Positions 18,307 through 29,427 of a DNA stretch of 64,000 bases are shown here, one piece after another. Under the pieces are notes generated by a model, which was not told where the DNA came from, ran no database searches, and saw only the letters and a list, made by a program, of their open reading frames with translations. Made by a program: the position numbers and the translations under genes. The stretch is taken from IMG/VR virus record IMGVR_UViG_3300021979_000001, positions 162,948 to 226,947 of that record, one strand, 5' to 3'. The stretch is from a virus (Duplodnaviria > Heunggongvirae > Uroviricota > Caudoviricetes). Each line of letters starts with the position of its first letter. The stretch's first letter is position 1.

Positions 18307-18600
18307 CTATTGTGGATTAATCGTGCATTTTAAATCGTAGCCATTTTCTTGTGCGGCCCGGACAATGATGTCCCGTTTGGTCTCGGCCACATCATGCGTG
18401 AACGGACCAAACCCCGTGCAACCATTGTTGTGAACCGACCATGCATATAACGTTGCCGTATCTGGGTTAATTTTAAACACATCAATAATCAATAATATAA
18501 CAAAACTCAACGGTGTTGTGTCGTCATTGTGAATAATGACACACCACATCGACGGTTTTTTATTTTCAACCTTCTGGTTTTCCAAAATTCTTTCGTCCAC
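18307..18600 (-). CDS. clpS: N-degron adaptor ClpS
   Basis: PSMWCVIIHNDDTTP.SFV..VHNNG..AETK..L.CT. Confidence 0.9.
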   Translation of the reverse strand: MDERILENQKVENKKPSMWCVIIHNDDTTPLSFVILLIIDVFKINPDTATLYAWSVHNNGCTGFGPFTHDVAETKRDIIVRAAQENGYDLKCTINPQ

Positions 18601-18818
18601 AACATATATCCTTGTGTGTTTTCAAACGAATATCATATCATATCAATACTACACAGCGCGTTCAACACATTATTGTATCAATCGCACCAACAGTTGCATA
18701 CCACCCACTGATCCAGTAGACAATTTAAGGGTGTATGCAGCATATTAAGATGATTATTAATTTTATATTTTTAAATAAATAAAGGCATAGCACCTAATTT
18801 ATCATGAGAAGGCGAACT

Positions 18819-20507
18819 ATGTTATTAGCTGATTTGTTTGAAGGAACGACTGACACCGGATCACGGTATTTTATCGAAGAACTTGATTTATCACCTGGAC
18901 GGATTATTGATTCCAAGATTGGTAATGCCCGTATATCATACACCGTATATGATGACTACATCAAACTGCATTCGATACGAGTAAGTCAACCAAACCGCAA
19001 AAAAGGAAATGCAATCAATGCGTTACGTGAACTTTGTGCGGCGGCTGATACGTATGGGTATGATATTTTTCTTGATGCCTCGCCACTTGATAAACGAACC
19101 CGTCTTGATAAATTAGTTGCATTATATCGAAAATTTGGTTTTGAACTCACCGGAAAAACAATCAATCCGGTTGGCGATCCCCAAATGGTCAGGAAAGCAC
19201 AACCGCCAAAGTTAAATGATAATAGTAATGTAATTTCAGAAAACACTAACTTACAGCAATCGGTAAATAATCCTGCACTGATGACACTAGCAGAATACAT
19301 GACGTTTATGAACCCATCAGATAAACATCATTCGGAAAATGCATATAATTATACGGTGAATTCACTAAATAATATTTCCAATTTTTTCAGTAATCAGGTA
19401 ATGCTACCGTCCGAATGGAAAAACTATTCAGTTTATTCTGATAATAACCAAAACTATTTTATTCGGTTCCAGGACAAGAATGTCGGTTGGGTAGAACATG
19501 GTGTATTGTATATTGATAAACAGTATTATTTAAGAGGATTTGAAGACGCATTCGCCCAGGATTTAGAAATAAAATATGTGAAATATCCCGAACACCATTT
19601 TACTGAAATGCTTGCCGCGAAAGCAAAACGTGAATACCCAATTTTGTTACAAAATTTGTTATCAAAGGGCGAGCAATTTCAGCTACGCAAAAACGAACAC
19701 GATGACCTGGCAATTTTGAATGATCTTGGTCTCATTGTCTCTATAGCACAGAATGAATATGGATGCATTCTAGTATCCACCACAAAAGAATATCGAGGAT
19801 ATGGTTTCGGACGATTACTTGGTATTAGGTTTCGTGAATTACACCCGGATTTTAATACCGGTGGTGTAACCCCAAATGGACAAAAGCAAGTCGTTCGTAT
19901 TTGGAAAAAATACATAAGTGATGCAATAAAAAATGGGCTTTATACCCGCATGCTACGGGCTGGTAATATAACCAAGTCGCGAATCAATGACATCCTGTCT
20001 GATTACGATGGGGCCAAATTTACCTCAAATATCAACAAAACCACCAATATTGCAGCTAAAATACCAGATGATTACAAAAATTGGTTGGTATTTAATTATA
20101 ATAATTCAATAATTGTTTATCATCGTTCTGTATATGATGCATCACCCGCAGACGACGATTTGGAAAAATACATTGTTGGGTATTTACATTTGGAACACAT
20201 GTCGTCGGGAATACCAACATTACACGATATTCAATATGTGAATCAACGGGCAGAAAAGATTTTAATTTACGGATCGTTATTCTTAACAAACAACAAACTT
20301 GCAATAGATCACGAAGCATCCGATTTTACCGATAGTATCAAAACTCTCGATGATGTGACAATTAATAATAACATGGCATCAACAACTCGCGATCTGAATA
20401 TTTTATCGAAACTGTTTGATTATGAAAAAATCATTCGTTTAAAAAATGATCCATATAGCGAATATATGTATGCAATACAATCTGCCGCAGAATCAAAATG
20501 GCTGTGA
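18819..20507 (+). CDS. multidomain GNAT acetyltransferase protein, probable virion-internal protein
   Basis: N-terminal MLLADLFE; GNAT motifs RKKGNA..LYRKFGF and YRGYGFG..TPNG; late promoter near 18775. Confidence 0.75.
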   Translation: MLLADLFEGTTDTGSRYFIEELDLSPGRIIDSKIGNARISYTVYDDYIKLHSIRVSQPNRKKGNAINALRELCAAADTYGYDIFLDASPLDKRTRLDKLVALYRKFGFELTGKTINPVGDPQMVRKAQPPKLNDNSNVISENTNLQQSVNNPALMTLAEYMTFMNPSDKHHSENAYNYTVNSLNNISNFFSNQVMLPSEWKNYSVYSDNNQNYFIRFQDKNVGWVEHGVLYIDKQYYLRGFEDAFAQDLEIKYVKYPEHHFTEMLAAKAKREYPILLQNLLSKGEQFQLRKNEHDDLAILNDLGLIVSIAQNEYGCILVSTTKEYRGYGFGRLLGIRFRELHPDFNTGGVTPNGQKQVVRIWKKYISDAIKNGLYTRMLRAGNITKSRINDILSDYDGAKFTSNINKTTNIAAKIPDDYKNWLVFNYNNSIIVYHRSVYDASPADDDLEKYIVGYLHLEHMSSGIPTLHDIQYVNQRAEKILIYGSLFLTNNKLAIDHEASDFTDSIKTLDDVTINNNMASTTRDLNILSKLFDYEKIIRLKNDPYSEYMYAIQSAAESKWL

Positions 20508-20577
20508 TTGAAAAATATCAGGAAGACCGTGTGGTTTATGGCATACTCCGCGAAAATGTCAGCTTACCATAAAGCAT

Positions 20578-20612
20578 AAAAACGGGCTTGGTTAATACCC
20601 AAGCCCGTTTTT
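20578..20612. terminator. bidirectional intrinsic terminator
   Basis: aaaaacgggcttgg/ccaagcccgttttt. Confidence 0.85.
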
Positions 20613-20614
20613 AA

Positions 20615-22090
20615 TTAAAACTTAATTTTTTTAAGTTCTTCCAATTCTGAAATATACACTTGTTTTAATTTAGTGGGTGATTTCAGAATTGAAACATTAA
20701 GTTTTATATTTTTTTCCAGTTCGGCAATTTTATTTTTCACGTCCTGGGAAAATTCAACTGTCCATTTGTATGTGGCAAGATTTACGATTTTTTCTATTTG
20801 AGTGTCGTCAACGTTAATTTTTTTTGCAGTTGCTACTTTGGTAACATCCGCAACAACATCGGCCTTGTTTCCAAATTTTCCCAAACGTTGCGTGAATTTA
20901 TTGGTGAACAGCGCATCAATGCATTTCCAATATAACAATTCGTAATTATCATCCTTTACCAGTTTTTGATACCGGTTTGTATACCAGCCTAGACGCCAGT
21001 TAACAAATTCATAGATAAGGTCTTCGGGTGATGAATATTGTGAAATGGTCGTATAAGCCTGTTTTAAGGCCGTATATGCATCATTGCGCTGTTCCGGTGT
21101 CTGCGCCTTACGCAATTGTTCTTCCGCATCAGTGACCTTCGTGAGCGATCCCACCACAACAATGCGTTCCTTGGTCGTCTCACGCAATTTGAAGAATGTG
21201 ATTGCATCTTTTTCAGTCCAATCTTTAATTTGTCCGCGTTTAAAAGTCACCGTTATATCAATGTTTTCGGTTGACCGATCTGCAAACGTAACAAACTGCT
21301 TTTCTTCCTCCATGGAAATTAATCGTCTACGAAATTGCTCCACGGTCATCATTGGTGGAAGTTCGGTAATACGAATAGTGGTAGTGTTCACAATTTCACA
21401 ACTACCATAGAACGCCCATTGATTATCGCCGACTTTTTCAATTTTGGTGGCATACCGGTCAAATTTTGGTGGAAGCGACTTGATTTTATTTCCGGTTAAC
21501 GCATCTTGCGTTGCATTAATTAAGGCTTTGAGATCATGTGGTAGAATTTCAGTTGACCAACCAACCGCAACCCCTTTGATGCCGTTTAACAGCACAAGCG
21601 GAACTAACGGCAGAAAATGAACCGGTAAATAATTTGAGCCATCATAATTATCTTTTAGTGGCACTAAATTCAAATCTGCATAAAGCAATTTTTCTGCCGC
21701 TTTTGCTCGTCTGATTTCAGTATATCGGGGTGCCCCGATGCCTTCAACCGGTGCTACTCGATTACCAAATTGGCCCAATCCTTCCAGCAACGGGATATTG
21801 TTTTTAAACGGGGCACACAACAATCCAATCATGTTATTTGCCGACGCTTCCCCATGGTGATATAGCTTTTCATATCCCATAAGACCGGTCAGTGCGAAGG
21901 TTTTAAGTTTTTCAGCACGGTTGCGCACCAGCCATAATGCAGTGCGTTGTGCTTCTTTCATACCATCCAATACCAGAGGAATACCACGAGTATCGCAAAC
22001 ATAAATCGCATATTCTCGTGAACTGTCCAGTAGATACTTACTACCTGGGTGATCTTTATCATTTACAATATTCAGAAAATTAAACGTCAT
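20615..22090 (-). CDS. type IIA topoisomerase cleavage subunit (GyrA/ParC/gp52-like)
   Basis: DGMKEAQR, YHHGE, GQFG, APRYT (catalytic Tyr), GVAVGWST, ITELP. Confidence 0.95.
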   Translation of the reverse strand: MTFNFLNIVNDKDHPGSKYLLDSSREYAIYVCDTRGIPLVLDGMKEAQRTALWLVRNRAEKLKTFALTGLMGYEKLYHHGEASANNMIGLLCAPFKNNIPLLEGLGQFGNRVAPVEGIGAPRYTEIRRAKAAEKLLYADLNLVPLKDNYDGSNYLPVHFLPLVPLVLLNGIKGVAVGWSTEILPHDLKALINATQDALTGNKIKSLPPKFDRYATKIEKVGDNQWAFYGSCEIVNTTTIRITELPPMMTVEQFRRRLISMEEEKQFVTFADRSTENIDITVTFKRGQIKDWTEKDAITFFKLRETTKERIVVVGSLTKVTDAEEQLRKAQTPEQRNDAYTALKQAYTTISQYSSPEDLIYEFVNWRLGWYTNRYQKLVKDDNYELLYWKCIDALFTNKFTQRLGKFGNKADVVADVTKVATAKKINVDDTQIEKIVNLATYKWTVEFSQDVKNKIAELEKNIKLNVSILKSPTKLKQVYISELEELKKIKF

Positions 22091-22434
22091 CGATTAATAA
22101 CATCCATTAAAATTAAAAGTGCATGATCTTCTGCCTTGGTTAGACATAATGACACTGTGGTTTTATTTGCATTATCTGGGTCAGCCCACGGCACAAACGT
22201 ATGTTTGCCAATAAATCTGGTTTTGTCAAAATCTTTGAATAAAGTCAAATCCAGTTTTCGATTTGGAACAATAATAGGAAAACACATATTGAAAATTTCA
22301 AGAGTGTCCAACGACGATGCCGCGTTGCTTTCTTTGACTTTCTTATGAATGTAGGACAGCAATGACATGCTGTTGACATATCCGTTTTTGTCAACGTCAA
22401 ATAAATTAAGTTCATCATTCGATATTTCTAACAT
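22087..22434 (-). CDS. hypothetical protein, C-terminal-motif paralogue family
   Basis: Ends AEDHALLILM; overlaps its neighbours. Confidence 0.65.
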   Translation of the reverse strand: MLEISNDELNLFDVDKNGYVNSMSLLSYIHKKVKESNAASSLDTLEIFNMCFPIIVPNRKLDLTLFKDFDKTRFIGKHTFVPWADPDNANKTTVSLCLTKAEDHALLILMDVINR

Positions 22435-22712
22435 CTGAATAGCATCTTTCCCATTTCATAATCTATCCTGGACATAAACCATAACACAACGGTCATATCA
22501 AATTTATCATGAGGAAAATTACGCTGGCGTGATGGTGCAGGCCCGACTACATGTTTCACCATAGATACTTGGTTAACACGCCAATATATTCTTCCAATAC
22601 AACTTTCTCTAACCTTATTTTCAATGTCCGATAATGTCAAGGTATCTGATAGTTCAACATGCAAAGTGTATTTGCATTTTTTTGGTTTTACAACACTATG
22701 TGAGAATATCAT
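22428..22712 (-). CDS. hypothetical protein, C-terminal-motif paralogue family
   Basis: Ends WFMSRIDYEMGKMLF. Confidence 0.6.
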   Translation of the reverse strand: MIFSHSVVKPKKCKYTLHVELSDTLTLSDIENKVRESCIGRIYWRVNQVSMVKHVVGPAPSRQRNFPHDKFDMTVVLWFMSRIDYEMGKMLFRC

Positions 22713-23098
22713 TTTACCCCATAATTTTTCACTAAAAATTCAAATGTTATAGGATTATTGCAAAACACATATGGCAGCGACGTTGCAATAATTATTTTTC
22801 CACTTAACCCGGTGTTCATTAAGTCATACTTATTTACCGGCTGGGGCAACTTGATCACATAACCCATTGAGTGTTCAGCAATCTGACACGCCCCCAAATA
22901 CAGTTTACTGTAATCGTATTTGTCATAATCAGGTGTCATAATTTCAGACATGATTGCATCAATCGAGTAAACAGCATTTCCAGGAATAAGTGACAATGCA
23001 GTAATATGAGTTTGAACACGGCGACAAAAATCCATAAAGGAATCTTGTGTTGCACATTCACCAATGGAAACACACGCATCCCGAACAATATACACCAC
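22709..23098 (-). CDS. hypothetical protein
   Basis: RBS ggag, ATGA overlap with the next gene. Confidence 0.65.
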   Translation of the reverse strand: MVYIVRDACVSIGECATQDSFMDFCRRVQTHITALSLIPGNAVYSIDAIMSEIMTPDYDKYDYSKLYLGACQIAEHSMGYVIKLPQPVNKYDLMNTGLSGKIIIATSLPYVFCNNPITFEFLVKNYGVK

Positions 23099-23208
23099 TT
23101 TTCACACTCCAAAAAATAACAACGATAACAATTATTGCACACGAACCATTAATATACTCTAAAGAATGGGCGGGGTTTTTACCCACCCACTCTTTCTCTT
23201 TCTCTATC

Positions 23209-25134
23209 TCACATACCAATCCATTCCTTGCGGTCACCCGCCCGATTTGAATTAAATAACAAATCTAACGTTTCGGCAAGCATACTAGATGTGTTTCCAT
23301 GTTCATCAATATAATATTCATTGATAATGGGCCGCAGTTTTGGATTTCCAATAACATGTTTCCAATCCGGCATTTTTAATGCTGCCAAACCTTTTGCTCG
23401 TGTGATTTCCCACCCTTTGAATTTATCCGGTTCAAACATATGATAATTATCATTATACCAATATTTTCGAGTTTTTCCCTTAACTGCAATAATTAATGGC
23501 GTATCAAAAATATAAATAAATGGTTCCTTGTTTTCATCGAATAATTCGGGCCATTGCAGAAAGAAAAAATTAACCAGCAATGCTGCGATATTTTTACCAT
23601 CTTCATCTGCATCGGTGCAGATATAAACCTTACCATACCGCAGGGTTGATCGATTAACACGCTGCCCTGGCACCAACCCAATTGCATTCATTATGTTTGC
23701 CAACGCGGCATTTTCCATCACTGTTTTCTTAGTTTGACCAAAAACGTTCAGAATTTTACCACGTAATGGCAATCCACCATGAATGTCTGGATTTCGAGCC
23801 TCCACCATCCCGGAAATAGCAGATTTCCCTTCACCCAGAAACAGAATCGATTTAGAACGGTCGCGACCACAGGCATCATCTAAATCTTCAATCTTGACCC
23901 GTAAATTTTGCTTTGCCAGGCGATTGACATCACGTGCATCTTGTTTCTGTGTCCGTATTGCACATCGTTCATAGATACGTTCAATCCAGGCTGGGTTATT
24001 CTTGATTATCTTTTTGAAAAATTCAGCATCAGCCATATGGTGTCGAACAACCGAAATCACCCATTCATTGATTAACCGGGTTTTTGATTGTGAGTCAAAA
24101 CTTGGGGCATCCATTTCGGTTACGTTGAAAAGTAGCATTCCGCCAGAAATATCACTACGATTGGGTGACAAATTCTTTCGGCTTCTGTCTTTTTTCAATG
24201 CATCAACCAGCCCCGAATAAAATAGTTTACGAAATGAATCAACATGTGTCCCACCATTGAACACGGGAATGGCATTGACAATACTATGAACAAAATCGGT
24301 AGTTCCATCATCCATGAATTCCGGGACCAAATAAAAATTTGAAAGAAATTTGGCTGTATCGGATTCAATAGTAATCTTGATTGGGTTATTGTTACCGAAA
24401 ATTGTCTTTTCGATGGATTGCTTTGCTTTTAATTGTTGACCATTATAAAAAATCTTTAATTTTGGATAAATCATCGCCACTTCAAACATACGCGACTTGA
24501 CCAGTTCTTCTGGCAAGATCAGATGTTTAAACACGTGTGATGATAACTTAAAATCGACTCTTGTTCCGGTCTGCTTGTTTGAATCGGGGAAAATAGTTGC
24601 ATCATTAATGTTAAGTTTATTCTTCTTCAAATCTTCACTAAACGATTGAGAAAAATGTTTTTTATCACGTCTGATCGAAATATTAAAAAATTCCGAACAA
24701 AAGTTAACAATCGATGCACCAACCCCGTTCAAACCACGGGTGGCCCCGCGATCATCCCCGAAATTTCTGCCCGCCTTGGTTTCAACCATCGCCGCAGTAG
24801 CGATATATTGCTTAATAGTTTTATCAAACGTGATCGGGATACCCCGGCCATTATCTGTAACCGAAAATACCATGGTTTCAGGGTCGTAAGTCACGTCTAT
24901 TCGGTTACCATGCCCTTCGGTTACAACTTCATCAAGTGCATTGTCCAGGATTTCTCGAAATGCAGTGAAAACAGCCGGAACCCAGGTCAGTTCACGAATT
25001 ACAGGGGTATCATTGTCGTAAAGCATAACCTCTTGTGTGTGCGGATCACGCGATCCCAGATACATTTCCGTCCTGATTCGTGCATGCTGATAATCATCTA
25101 ATACTGAAAATTCTTTTTCGCTCTTTGCGGTCAT
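23209..25134 (-). CDS. type IIA topoisomerase ATPase/TOPRIM subunit (GyrB/ParE-like)
   Basis: EILDNA.DE, DNGRGIP, GLNGVGA, EGKSA, PLRGK, DADEDG, KGL. Confidence 0.96.
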   Translation of the reverse strand: MTAKSEKEFSVLDDYQHARIRTEMYLGSRDPHTQEVMLYDNDTPVIRELTWVPAVFTAFREILDNALDEVVTEGHGNRIDVTYDPETMVFSVTDNGRGIPITFDKTIKQYIATAAMVETKAGRNFGDDRGATRGLNGVGASIVNFCSEFFNISIRRDKKHFSQSFSEDLKKNKLNINDATIFPDSNKQTGTRVDFKLSSHVFKHLILPEELVKSRMFEVAMIYPKLKIFYNGQQLKAKQSIEKTIFGNNNPIKITIESDTAKFLSNFYLVPEFMDDGTTDFVHSIVNAIPVFNGGTHVDSFRKLFYSGLVDALKKDRSRKNLSPNRSDISGGMLLFNVTEMDAPSFDSQSKTRLINEWVISVVRHHMADAEFFKKIIKNNPAWIERIYERCAIRTQKQDARDVNRLAKQNLRVKIEDLDDACGRDRSKSILFLGEGKSAISGMVEARNPDIHGGLPLRGKILNVFGQTKKTVMENAALANIMNAIGLVPGQRVNRSTLRYGKVYICTDADEDGKNIAALLVNFFFLQWPELFDENKEPFIYIFDTPLIIAVKGKTRKYWYNDNYHMFEPDKFKGWEITRAKGLAALKMPDWKHVIGNPKLRPIINEYYIDEHGNTSSMLAETLDLLFNSNRAGDRKEWIGM

Positions 25135-25252
25135 ATCAAAATCACTAATAATTGGTTACGATAGTTTTGTATCTACCACAGTGTATCGTATCCGGTCAAA
25201 ATTAAAAACCGGATAAATACATATAGTTACACATACGGAGTTTTACCTAATA

Positions 25253-25798
25253 ATGGCTAGTTCATCTTACCACGTTGAAATCACTGGAATTTCAGGGACA
25301 TCACCATCAGATGGTTTCATCGACAACAAGAAAATCGAAAACTACATGGCAGATGGATCGATCCCGACCACTTTTGCTAATTCTACCGCAAAAGAGCGAG
25401 GAAATCAACGGTTTGTCTCAATGATCGCACAATTACAACTGATGGCTAACTGTGATCTGGTTGAAATTGTCGCAACCGGCGCGAATGCCAATACGGCACC
25501 ATCCAAATTTGAATTTGATTTGGTTTTTGAACATGGTGATTCCGTATTGGTTACCAATGACGAGTCAAATCCAGGAGAAGTATTAACCGGAATTGACGCG
25601 ATCAAACGGTGTATTGCGCGAATGATGATTGAAGATCGCGAAGATTTTTCTGATATTTACGACCCAACGGAATCAACAACCCCAACTAATGACGAATCTA
25701 TCCCTCGCGTTGGTGTCAGAATTGCGCATATGATAACCGGTCAACTCGTTAATAATTTGACATCAGGGGAAGAAAATATTACTGTATCTACTAATTGA
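25253..25798 (+). CDS. probable virion structural protein (late)
   Basis: GATAAATA near 25212, GGAG RBS, Thr/Ser/Gly-rich sequence. Confidence 0.65.
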   Translation: MASSSYHVEITGISGTSPSDGFIDNKKIENYMADGSIPTTFANSTAKERGNQRFVSMIAQLQLMANCDLVEIVATGANANTAPSKFEFDLVFEHGDSVLVTNDESNPGEVLTGIDAIKRCIARMMIEDREDFSDIYDPTESTTPTNDESIPRVGVRIAHMITGQLVNNLTSGEENITVSTN

Positions 25799-25978
25799 AA
25801 ATTGATTAGTATATGATAAATGATAACATCATTTTTTAAACAGTTTGACTTTGCTATCTAATACCGGATGGAAATTCATTAACGATATGAATACCCATCC
25901 GGTAATGTTTTTATACCCAATCACTAGAATATTATTATTGTTGTTGATCACGATTATTTATAAGCGAGAAATTTAAAT

Positions 25979-27418
25979 ATGACCAAATTATTCGTTGGGG
26001 TTTTTACTCTTTTATTTGCGATAATCATATCAGGTGTTGCAGCATACTTTTCGGTATATGGTCTTGCTGCCCTGTTTGCTGCTGCCGCACTGCCTGTTAT
26101 CATCATGGGTAGCGCATTGGAAGGCGGAAAACTTATTGCGGCAGCATGGTTACATGCAAACTGGAAAAATCCCCAGGTTAATTTTTTTCATAAAACATAT
26201 TTGATGGCCGCTGTTGTTGCTTTGATGCTTATTACTGCAACCGGGATTTATGGGTATCTATCAAAGGGTCATCTGGAACAGGCCGCGCCGGTGGCTGGTA
26301 TCGAATTAAAAATAGAGCATATACAACAACAAGTAGATGCCAAAGAAACCGATATTAGAAATCTCAAAGCCAGATTGGAACAGCTAAACGCTGCGGTTGA
26401 TGTTTATTTCAAAAACGACTATGCAACAAAAGGTTTGGCAGTTCGTGCTAAACAAAAGGAAGAACGTGCTGAAATTTCAACATCGATGGATGCAAATTAT
26501 GCAGCAATTGCCTCCTATAATGATCAGATTACCAATCTTAAATTGCAAGTAAATGATGTCGAAGCAAAATTAGGCCCGGTAAAATACGTGGCCCAATTAT
26601 TCGGCTGGACCGATCCCGAAATAGCTGTGCGAATGCTGATCCTGTTATTGATGTTTGCATTTGACCCGTTAGCCGTAATCATGGTGCTATCCGGGACGAT
26701 TACTATTGGTGATTACATACGAGATCGGGCGGAACGTAAAGCCAAAAACGATGAAGAAGACATGATCGATGCCAACACCAGATATGCCGAAGCCGAAAAA
26801 TTATTAACCGAAGCCCATGCATTACGCGAAGATAATGAACGAATGCAGGAAATATTGGCAAATAGTGAAAAAGATCAATCCGTCATGGCAGATACCCTCA
26901 AACAACAAATTGCGGATATTGAGCAGAAAAAAGCAGATCATGACAGAATGGTAGAAGAAAGTATCACCTTACATACCGAATTGGATAAAAAATATCAACA
27001 GGTGACCGATGCCGTATATCAAATTGAAATGGATCGAGAGTCATTAGATCAGTTAATTGTCGAGTTGGATCATCAACAGGCGTTAATTGATAATGAACGC
27101 ATGGAAATAAATGCATATCATGACGAAATCAATAAAAAAATTGCCGAATTACACACCATGCAAGATTTGCTGAATGAAGACAGAGATCAATTAATCGCAA
27201 TTGCAACTGATATGCTGGATAAAGAAAGAATACTTTCTGATTTTGATGCAGAACACAACAGTATCTTGCCGGAATTAGAAAAATTATTAATCGAAAATAA
27301 CACCCACGTTATTGATTCTTTCGATGATATGGCTCCTGATATTGACCAAAATGATATTGAAAATGCAGAAAATAAAACCAGAAATGCTGAATCATGGTTC
27401 TGCGAACCTAAATATTAA
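25979..27418 (+). CDS. multi-pass membrane protein with long coiled coils
   Basis: N-terminal TM helices (AAYFSV.GL, LE.GKL, GIYGYLSK.H), GPVKYVA..FDPLA, acidic coiled-coil tail. Confidence 0.85.
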   Translation: MTKLFVGVFTLLFAIIISGVAAYFSVYGLAALFAAAALPVIIMGSALEGGKLIAAAWLHANWKNPQVNFFHKTYLMAAVVALMLITATGIYGYLSKGHLEQAAPVAGIELKIEHIQQQVDAKETDIRNLKARLEQLNAAVDVYFKNDYATKGLAVRAKQKEERAEISTSMDANYAAIASYNDQITNLKLQVNDVEAKLGPVKYVAQLFGWTDPEIAVRMLILLLMFAFDPLAVIMVLSGTITIGDYIRDRAERKAKNDEEDMIDANTRYAEAEKLLTEAHALREDNERMQEILANSEKDQSVMADTLKQQIADIEQKKADHDRMVEESITLHTELDKKYQQVTDAVYQIEMDRESLDQLIVELDHQQALIDNERMEINAYHDEINKKIAELHTMQDLLNEDRDQLIAIATDMLDKERILSDFDAEHNSILPELEKLLIENNTHVIDSFDDMAPDIDQNDIENAENKTRNAESWFCEPKY

Positions 27419-27445
27419 TGTGTAGACATTTAAGGATAAAAAATA

Positions 27446-28714
27446 ATGAGTGGTGATAAAAACTTGCACTGTTCGTTTTGTGGTGAAGACGCCAATAACG
27501 TTCGCAAACTGATTGCTGGACCAGACGTTTACATTTGTGACCAATGCGTAACCCTTTGTCACAATATTATTTCTAACGAAGAAAAAATTAATGTAAGCAA
27601 CCTGTCAACCGAAGGATTTGAACCATCCGTTCCATCCCCCCGTAAGATTCGTGAATTTCTAGATCAATATGTTATCGGCCAGGATATGGCAAAAATAGCG
27701 GTATCAGTTGCGGTTTATAACCACTATAAACGATTGGAAAACCCAGTCGTCAATGATATTGAAATTGACAAATCAAATATAATGGTGCTTGGCCCTACTG
27801 GTAGTGGTAAGACTCTTATCGCACAATCGATTGCCAGAATGCTTGATGTGCCCTTTATTATTGCGGATGCCACTACATTAACAGAATCCGGCTACGTTGG
27901 TGACGATGTTGAAAGTATTGTCACGCGGCTCTTACAATCATGTAATTACGATGTTACAAAAGCCCAACGGGGTATTGTCTATATTGACGAAATCGACAAA
28001 AAAGGCAAAAAAGGTTCTGCTTCCAACAACCGGGATGTTTCAGGGGAAGGCGTTCAACAAGCCCTACTCAAACTGATCGAAGGAACCGAAGTTTTTATTC
28101 CGCCCCAGGGACCAAAAAAAGGTGGTGAAATGATTAAGTTCAACACCAAAGATATTTTGTTCATCGTAGCAGGTGCATTCGTTGGTATTGATAAAATCAT
28201 CGAAAAAAGCATTAATAAATCAAGTGGTATCGGCTTTGGTGCAGAAAAAGTTGGCAAAATTAAAATGTCACATGATGAATTGTTACAAAACCTGGAACCA
28301 GATCATTTCGTTCAATTTGGTATTATTCCTGAATTGGTGGGGCGGCTACCCGTTTTTGCCCCATTGACCGAACTTGATGCCGATACCATGATACGTATTA
28401 TGACTGAACCAAAAAATGCAGTAACAAAACAATTCAAAGCAATGTTCGCTCTTGAAAATATCGAACTGGTTTTCGAGGACGATGCTCTTACCGCAATATC
28501 CCAACAAGCACAAAAACGTAAAACCGGGGCACGTGGTATTCGTAGTGTTATTGAAAAGCATTTAATGAAATTACAGTATAATCTTCCCGATCTTAAAGAA
28601 GATGGTGTCACCAAAATCGTGATCAATAAAAAAACAATTGATGATGGCGAAGAACCAAAATTAGTTTTTACCAAACCCAAGAAAACTAAAAAATCAGAAA
28701 CCCCATCAAAATAA
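27446..28714 (+). CDS. clpX: ATP-dependent Clp protease ATP-binding subunit ClpX
   Basis: C4 Zn finger CSFC..CDQC, GPTGSGKT, GYVG pore loop, DEIDK, IGF loop, GARG. Confidence 0.98.
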   Translation: MSGDKNLHCSFCGEDANNVRKLIAGPDVYICDQCVTLCHNIISNEEKINVSNLSTEGFEPSVPSPRKIREFLDQYVIGQDMAKIAVSVAVYNHYKRLENPVVNDIEIDKSNIMVLGPTGSGKTLIAQSIARMLDVPFIIADATTLTESGYVGDDVESIVTRLLQSCNYDVTKAQRGIVYIDEIDKKGKKGSASNNRDVSGEGVQQALLKLIEGTEVFIPPQGPKKGGEMIKFNTKDILFIVAGAFVGIDKIIEKSINKSSGIGFGAEKVGKIKMSHDELLQNLEPDHFVQFGIIPELVGRLPVFAPLTELDADTMIRIMTEPKNAVTKQFKAMFALENIELVFEDDALTAISQQAQKRKTGARGIRSVIEKHLMKLQYNLPDLKEDGVTKIVINKKTIDDGEEPKLVFTKPKKTKKSETPSK

Positions 28715-28718
28715 AACG

Positions 28719-28755
28719 TAATCCCCGCTATACAACCAGGCGGGGATTATTTTTT
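28719..28755 (+). terminator. intrinsic terminator after clpX
   Basis: taatccccgc/gcggggatta stem followed by a T run. Confidence 0.8.
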
Positions 28756-28866
28756 GACCATAAATCAGATAATACAATCAGAAGTTTTAATAATTACATT
28801 ATAACTCCAATTTTGATAAATACCTGACAACTGTTTTATTATCATACGTTTAGGGAGAATTATTTG

Positions 28867-29427
28867 ATGTCCGATATGCGTCAATTAATTGATTTAGTCG
28901 AAGCACAGCCTCGGGCGGGTGCCAGAACGACTGCGAAAACAAAATCGATGGAATACGGGGATTTTACCCGAGAAGTGTTTTTAACGCATTTGAAAAAAAT
29001 TGCTAAAGAATTATTGGCAGTGAATGATTTGGGTAAAAAATATTCAATGACTATTCACGACAAAAACGTTTTAATCAATGGGTTCAACCCACTGATGAAA
29101 AGTGTCAAAACATCCCTGGCACAAGTAGAAAAAATGGTTAAAAATGCATCAATTCTACCAGAAGATGCAAACCATACCAGAAATGTATTATGGAGCGCAG
29201 AACAATATCGTGTTCATTTAGTCAGTATTAGGGATGATTTGCGCTTACGCTGGTATGGCATCGATAACCCGGAAGTTAAAAAGATGGTCAAAGACCTTTA
29301 TGATACCATCGTAGTTGTCGTTAACGATCTAACTAAACTTATCGATTTAATCGAAAACAAAGATACCAATAACAATGCCAAAAATAATAAAGGCAAAGGT
29401 ATGTTTGGGTTTCTCAAAGGACTGTGA
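28867..29427 (+). CDS. hypothetical late protein with an MSDMRQLIDLVE leader
   Basis: GATAAATA near 28815, GGGAG RBS. Confidence 0.75.
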   Translation: MSDMRQLIDLVEAQPRAGARTTAKTKSMEYGDFTREVFLTHLKKIAKELLAVNDLGKKYSMTIHDKNVLINGFNPLMKSVKTSLAQVEKMVKNASILPEDANHTRNVLWSAEQYRVHLVSIRDDLRLRWYGIDNPEVKKMVKDLYDTIVVVVNDLTKLIDLIENKDTNNNAKNNKGKGMFGFLKGL

